Origin: Eledone cirrhosa
Taxonomy: Eukaryota
DNA length: 64,000 nt
Assembly: GCA_964016885.1 (NCBI GenBank)
Contig: OZ024746.1
Location: 82,088,001 to 82,152,000 of the forward strand
Direction of reading: 5' to 3'
The first letter of the stretch is position 1. Each line of letters starts with the position of its first letter. This document shows, in pieces, positions 60,168 to 64,000 of the stretch. The translations under genes and the position numbers were made by a program. The notes under the pieces are model-generated. The model did no database searches, had not been told where the DNA came from, and was given only the letters and a program-made list of their open reading frames with translations.

Positions 60168-60432
60168 GAAGGCGCATGGCTTAGTGGTTAGAGCATTGGG
60201 CTTGCAATCGAAAGGTTGTGAGTTCAATTCTCGGACCGGGTGATGTGTTGTTTCCTTGAGCAAGTCACTTTATTTCACGTTGCTCCAGTTTACTCAGCTG
60301 TAGGAATGAGTACCGGCCTGCCCGCCCAGCCAGTGGGATGGCGTTATCTTATGGCTAAAACAGCACGACGTGCTGTGACCAGCGGCGCCGATTGGCGCCC
60401 GACAGACTGGTCGTTCAAGGTGATCAAGGTGA
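60166..60432 (+). mobile_element. tRNA-derived SINE family 2, full length, different tail
   Basis: ggcgcatggcttagtggttagagc (A box), gagttcaattc (B box), tccttgagcaagtcactt core; tail fragment also at 42272-42328. Confidence 0.85.
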
Positions 60433-60934
60433 TATATATACATATACGGTGGGCTTCAGTAGTTTTCATCTACCAAATTTTGCTCACAAGGTCAAAGCAA
60501 GGCTATGGGATGAGATACTTTCCCAAAATACTCCGTAATGGGATCGAACTTAAAATCATGTGACTTCGAAGCGAACTTCTTAACCAAACATTCGTGTTTA
60601 GTAATATATATTAAGATATATATTAGTTGCAGAACAGAAATGGAGGTGGCTCTTTAAGTTTAAATTTATTCATGAAAGACATGAATGTGGGCAAATTATT
60701 CTACTTTGAAATGAGAAAAGTTTTGATGCAGTTCTCTATTAGGAAATTATCATTTGATGGTAATGTGAAGATCACTGCCGATAGAACCTGTAGATGTTTG
60801 CAATTTGCTAATGTTCATATTAATCATATTTCTATGATGTTTCTCAATTTTGATATGAATATATTAAAAACAGTCACAGATAACTTCCTTATCTGTGCCT
60901 AGTAATACATATGTTACTAATTACAATCAGATAA

Positions 60935-63197
60935 AATGCTTTACGGCATTTGTTCCAGCTCATTATATTCTGAGTTCTAATCTCGCTAAGGTCAACTTTG
61001 CCTTCATTCTTCCGGTCAAGTACTGGGGTCATTTTAACCGACTTTCCCCTCCTCCAAAATTACTGGTCTTGTGCCTAAAGTAGAATTCATTAATTTAAAT
61101 TTTTGACATTAGTCGTTAGATTGACAGTGTAGTTATATCGCCAAGTCAAAATGTTTTACAGTTTTTAGTTATTGCACTTAATGTTCCGAGTTCAAATATC
61201 ACCGAGGTCGACTTCCGGGGTCGATAAAATAAGTACCTTACGTAAGAACTCAATAATTAGGAATGGTGTTCATTACATCTGTTACCGCATTATCACAATA
61301 CTAAATCAACCATAATAATGGTTTCTGATTTAGGCACAAGGCCAACAATTATTTGGTGGGAAAATCAATAAAGTCGACCTCAGTGCATTACTGGTGCTTT
61401 ATTTTATCGACCCCGTAAGGATGAAAGGCAAAGCTAATCTTGGCGGGATTTGAACTCAGAATGTAAAGGGCTGTAACTCTATGCCGCAAAACATGTTGTC
61501 CGACGCTCTACCGATACTGCCAATCTAATACACGCATACATACTATGCATTTCCTATTTCAGTCATGTCGCTCTCCAAATCGCAGTAAATAGTTATTTTC
61601 CAAAGTTACTTACTTATACATTTAATCTTGTATGCCGTTTGTACACTTCCATCTTGTATGCCGTTTGTACACTTCCATCTTGTATGCCGTTTGTACACTT
61701 CCATCTTGTATGCCGTTTGTACACTTCCATCTTGTATGCCGTTTGTACACTTCCATCTTGTATGCCGTTTGTACACTTCCACGTGTCAGTAATCAACATA
61801 AACTATAGGCTTTTTCTGATGTAAACCATCAACTTATCAAAACGCAAATACCCAGTTTATAAGATTGTTTATATATCCAGTAATCCTGATATATATGACA
61901 TACCAATCCTGGACTCTAAAGATTATATACATTCACCGCTGTTGCCATCATTATCTCGCCGAGGTTAACTTTGCCTTTCATCCTTACGGAGTCGATAAAA
62001 TAAAGCACCAGTAATGCACTGGGATAATTGCTGGCCTTGTGCCAAAAGTAGAAACAATTATTAACAACACGAATCTACTAGTAATACAATAATAATTTCT
62101 ACTTGAAACATAATGACAATAACTTTTACTGGCACTTTATCTTATCGACCCCGGAAGGATGAAAAGCTAAATTGACGTCGGAGAACCATTTGTCCGATGC
62201 TCTAAAGGACTCTGTTAATCTCTCACCCTCCCTATAATAATAAATAATAGTATCAGAATGTCTAGATAAATAAATTTTATTGTCATACTTCCTCTTATTT
62301 TAAATATTTTCAGTTTATTTCATGCATTAGAAACATGATAAATTACACTGTTTTCCTTTAGATAAGATTTCTAAATGTTTGTGAATAGGCTTCTTTTAAT
62401 TAGACTCTATAGATGTATTTCATTACTTCATACTATTGCTTTTTGTATGGCTTCTTTGCTTTCTTTGTATTCATTTCAACTCCCAAACGTTATCAATGTT
62501 CGTTTCAATACAAGCTTATGCGTTATTGTAATTATACATGAATATAAGAAAAAAAGAATAATCTCGTTTTTATAAAGAAAAAAATAAATATTAAGGATAC
62601 ATTAGCTTTTGTGTGTAAGAAAAAAAATCCTATAAATCATAATTTTTTCCTAATGGAATTTCTAATGGAATTTTTAATGGAATTTCGACAACCTTATCAT
62701 AGTTTCTGGTGGATCGTGCTTTTCATGATTCGATTTAATTGTTAAAGTTTTTTTGTTTTTGTTTTTCCAAACTATTGCTGTATCATTTGTCAGTTTATTG
62801 ACACAATGTGTAATGATTAATAGGGTTATATCGTTCTTTGCATTGATAAATTTATGATATTAGTTTCTAATAACTATTCCAAATATCAGCCAGTTATTTA
62901 TCAAGCGGTTCAATATTGTTATTTTTCTCGCGGTTTTCTTCTCATCAAATTTGGCTATGAACTTCGAAAATGGTTGCAATCATCATACTAATGACTTCTA
63001 CTTTAGGCAAAAAGCCAGTAATGTTTGTGAGGGAGGGGAATTAAATCCACACCAGTACTTCACTGATACTTTATTTATCGACCCTTGAGGGATGAAAAGC
63101 AAAGTTGACCTCAGTGGAATCTGAACTCAAAATCTAAAGAGCTGTAAATACTACGAAGCATTTTGCGCAGCGCTCTAACGATTCTTCCAATCCATTA
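60935..63197. mobile_element. Cluster of ~6 SINE family 1 copies and fragments of different ages
   Basis: Approximately 60935-61085 +, 61110-61236 +, 61320-61525 -, 61955-62062 +, 62095-62228 -, 62995-63197 -. Confidence 0.75.
61625..61780. repeat. 26-bp minisatellite x6
   Basis: Perfect copies of atcttgtatgccgtttgtacacttcc. Confidence 0.95.
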
Positions 63198-63916
63198 TCC
63201 TTCAATAAGCTCTCAATAATTAAATTATAATAGCATTGATCGATACCAAACAAAATATTTTTGTAATGGCAGGCAACTTAGTGTTCACTGTTCAACAACT
63301 TCCCATGGGTTTGTAAACCCGTTACATAACCGAGTCATAACCGCAAACAATGAAATTAAGGATTTGTTACTCGCTTCTAAATCGTATCAGTTTTTATTCG
63401 ATCATCAAAATGACACTCGTAACGAAAATTAGATTCAGCTTACAATAATTTGTTCAACGATTTATCCTTGATAAAGCACCTGAACAAATGCCAAAATCTC
63501 TTTTTCATTCATAGATTAGATTCAGTTTTTGAATATCTTTAGTTTCGTGTAACGTGTTTCACCTACTACGGCAAATACTTTAATGAGCTTAAACTAGCAT
63601 CTTGAAAACTTTCCCGAATAATTAAATTAGTAAGAGATAACTCTTCATCGCAACATTGTTCACTGCCAGATTATTTTTGTAATCTATTTGTAGCATTTCT
63701 TACACTGAAACTATTTTCTATATTCCGATAACACAATGAGATAAGAACTTTCCATAAATTTCCTTCTAAAATTCCTTTCTCGTCTTTCTTTCATTCTGAA
63801 ATCAAGGCAATTTCCAAATTTTGAAAAACGATATAAAATGATATAAATATCAAACGTGTTGTAGAGGATCATTAATATTTTGGTTAAATTAATACATATT
63901 AGACGTCTATCATCAG

Positions 63917-64000
63917 CTAATGTATAATGTATTACTAATGTATAATGTATTACTAATGTATAATGTATTACTAATGTATAATGTATTACTAATGTATAAT
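63917..64000. repeat. 18-bp minisatellite running off the window
   Basis: Repeats of ctaatgtataatgtatta. Confidence 0.95.

Noticed and set aside
60166-60240. tRNA gene
   Set aside because: A and B boxes run into a SINE core and tail with dispersed copies; no clean cloverleaf

Overview
AT-rich, microsatellite-saturated eukaryotic intergenic or intronic DNA. The SINE families and (TA)n density suggest an octopus/cephalopod genome (inference). No host gene is confidently identified, and most ORF-track calls are microsatellite translations. Mobile-element remnants dominate: three Penelope-like elements (RT/GIY-YIG), a full-length but dead hAT Buster/Charlie transposon with TIRs and TSD, a Helitron 3' end, Dong/R4-like and RTE LINE fragments, two or more tRNA-derived SINE families, MITEs and minisatellites. 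The main unannotated signal, found by hand-folding: many of the short unique-looking islands between (TA)n tracts carry type I hammerhead ribozyme (HHR) motifs (CUGANGA...GAAA...UH). There are roughly 25 complete copies plus half-copies from a dozen or more sequence families. They include minimal forms with a palindromic stem III, forms with a very long stem II, and U3-A8 or U4 core variants. Many lie inside near-perfect fold-back inverted repeats. All structures and coordinates were read by eye and need computational and biochemical confirmation.
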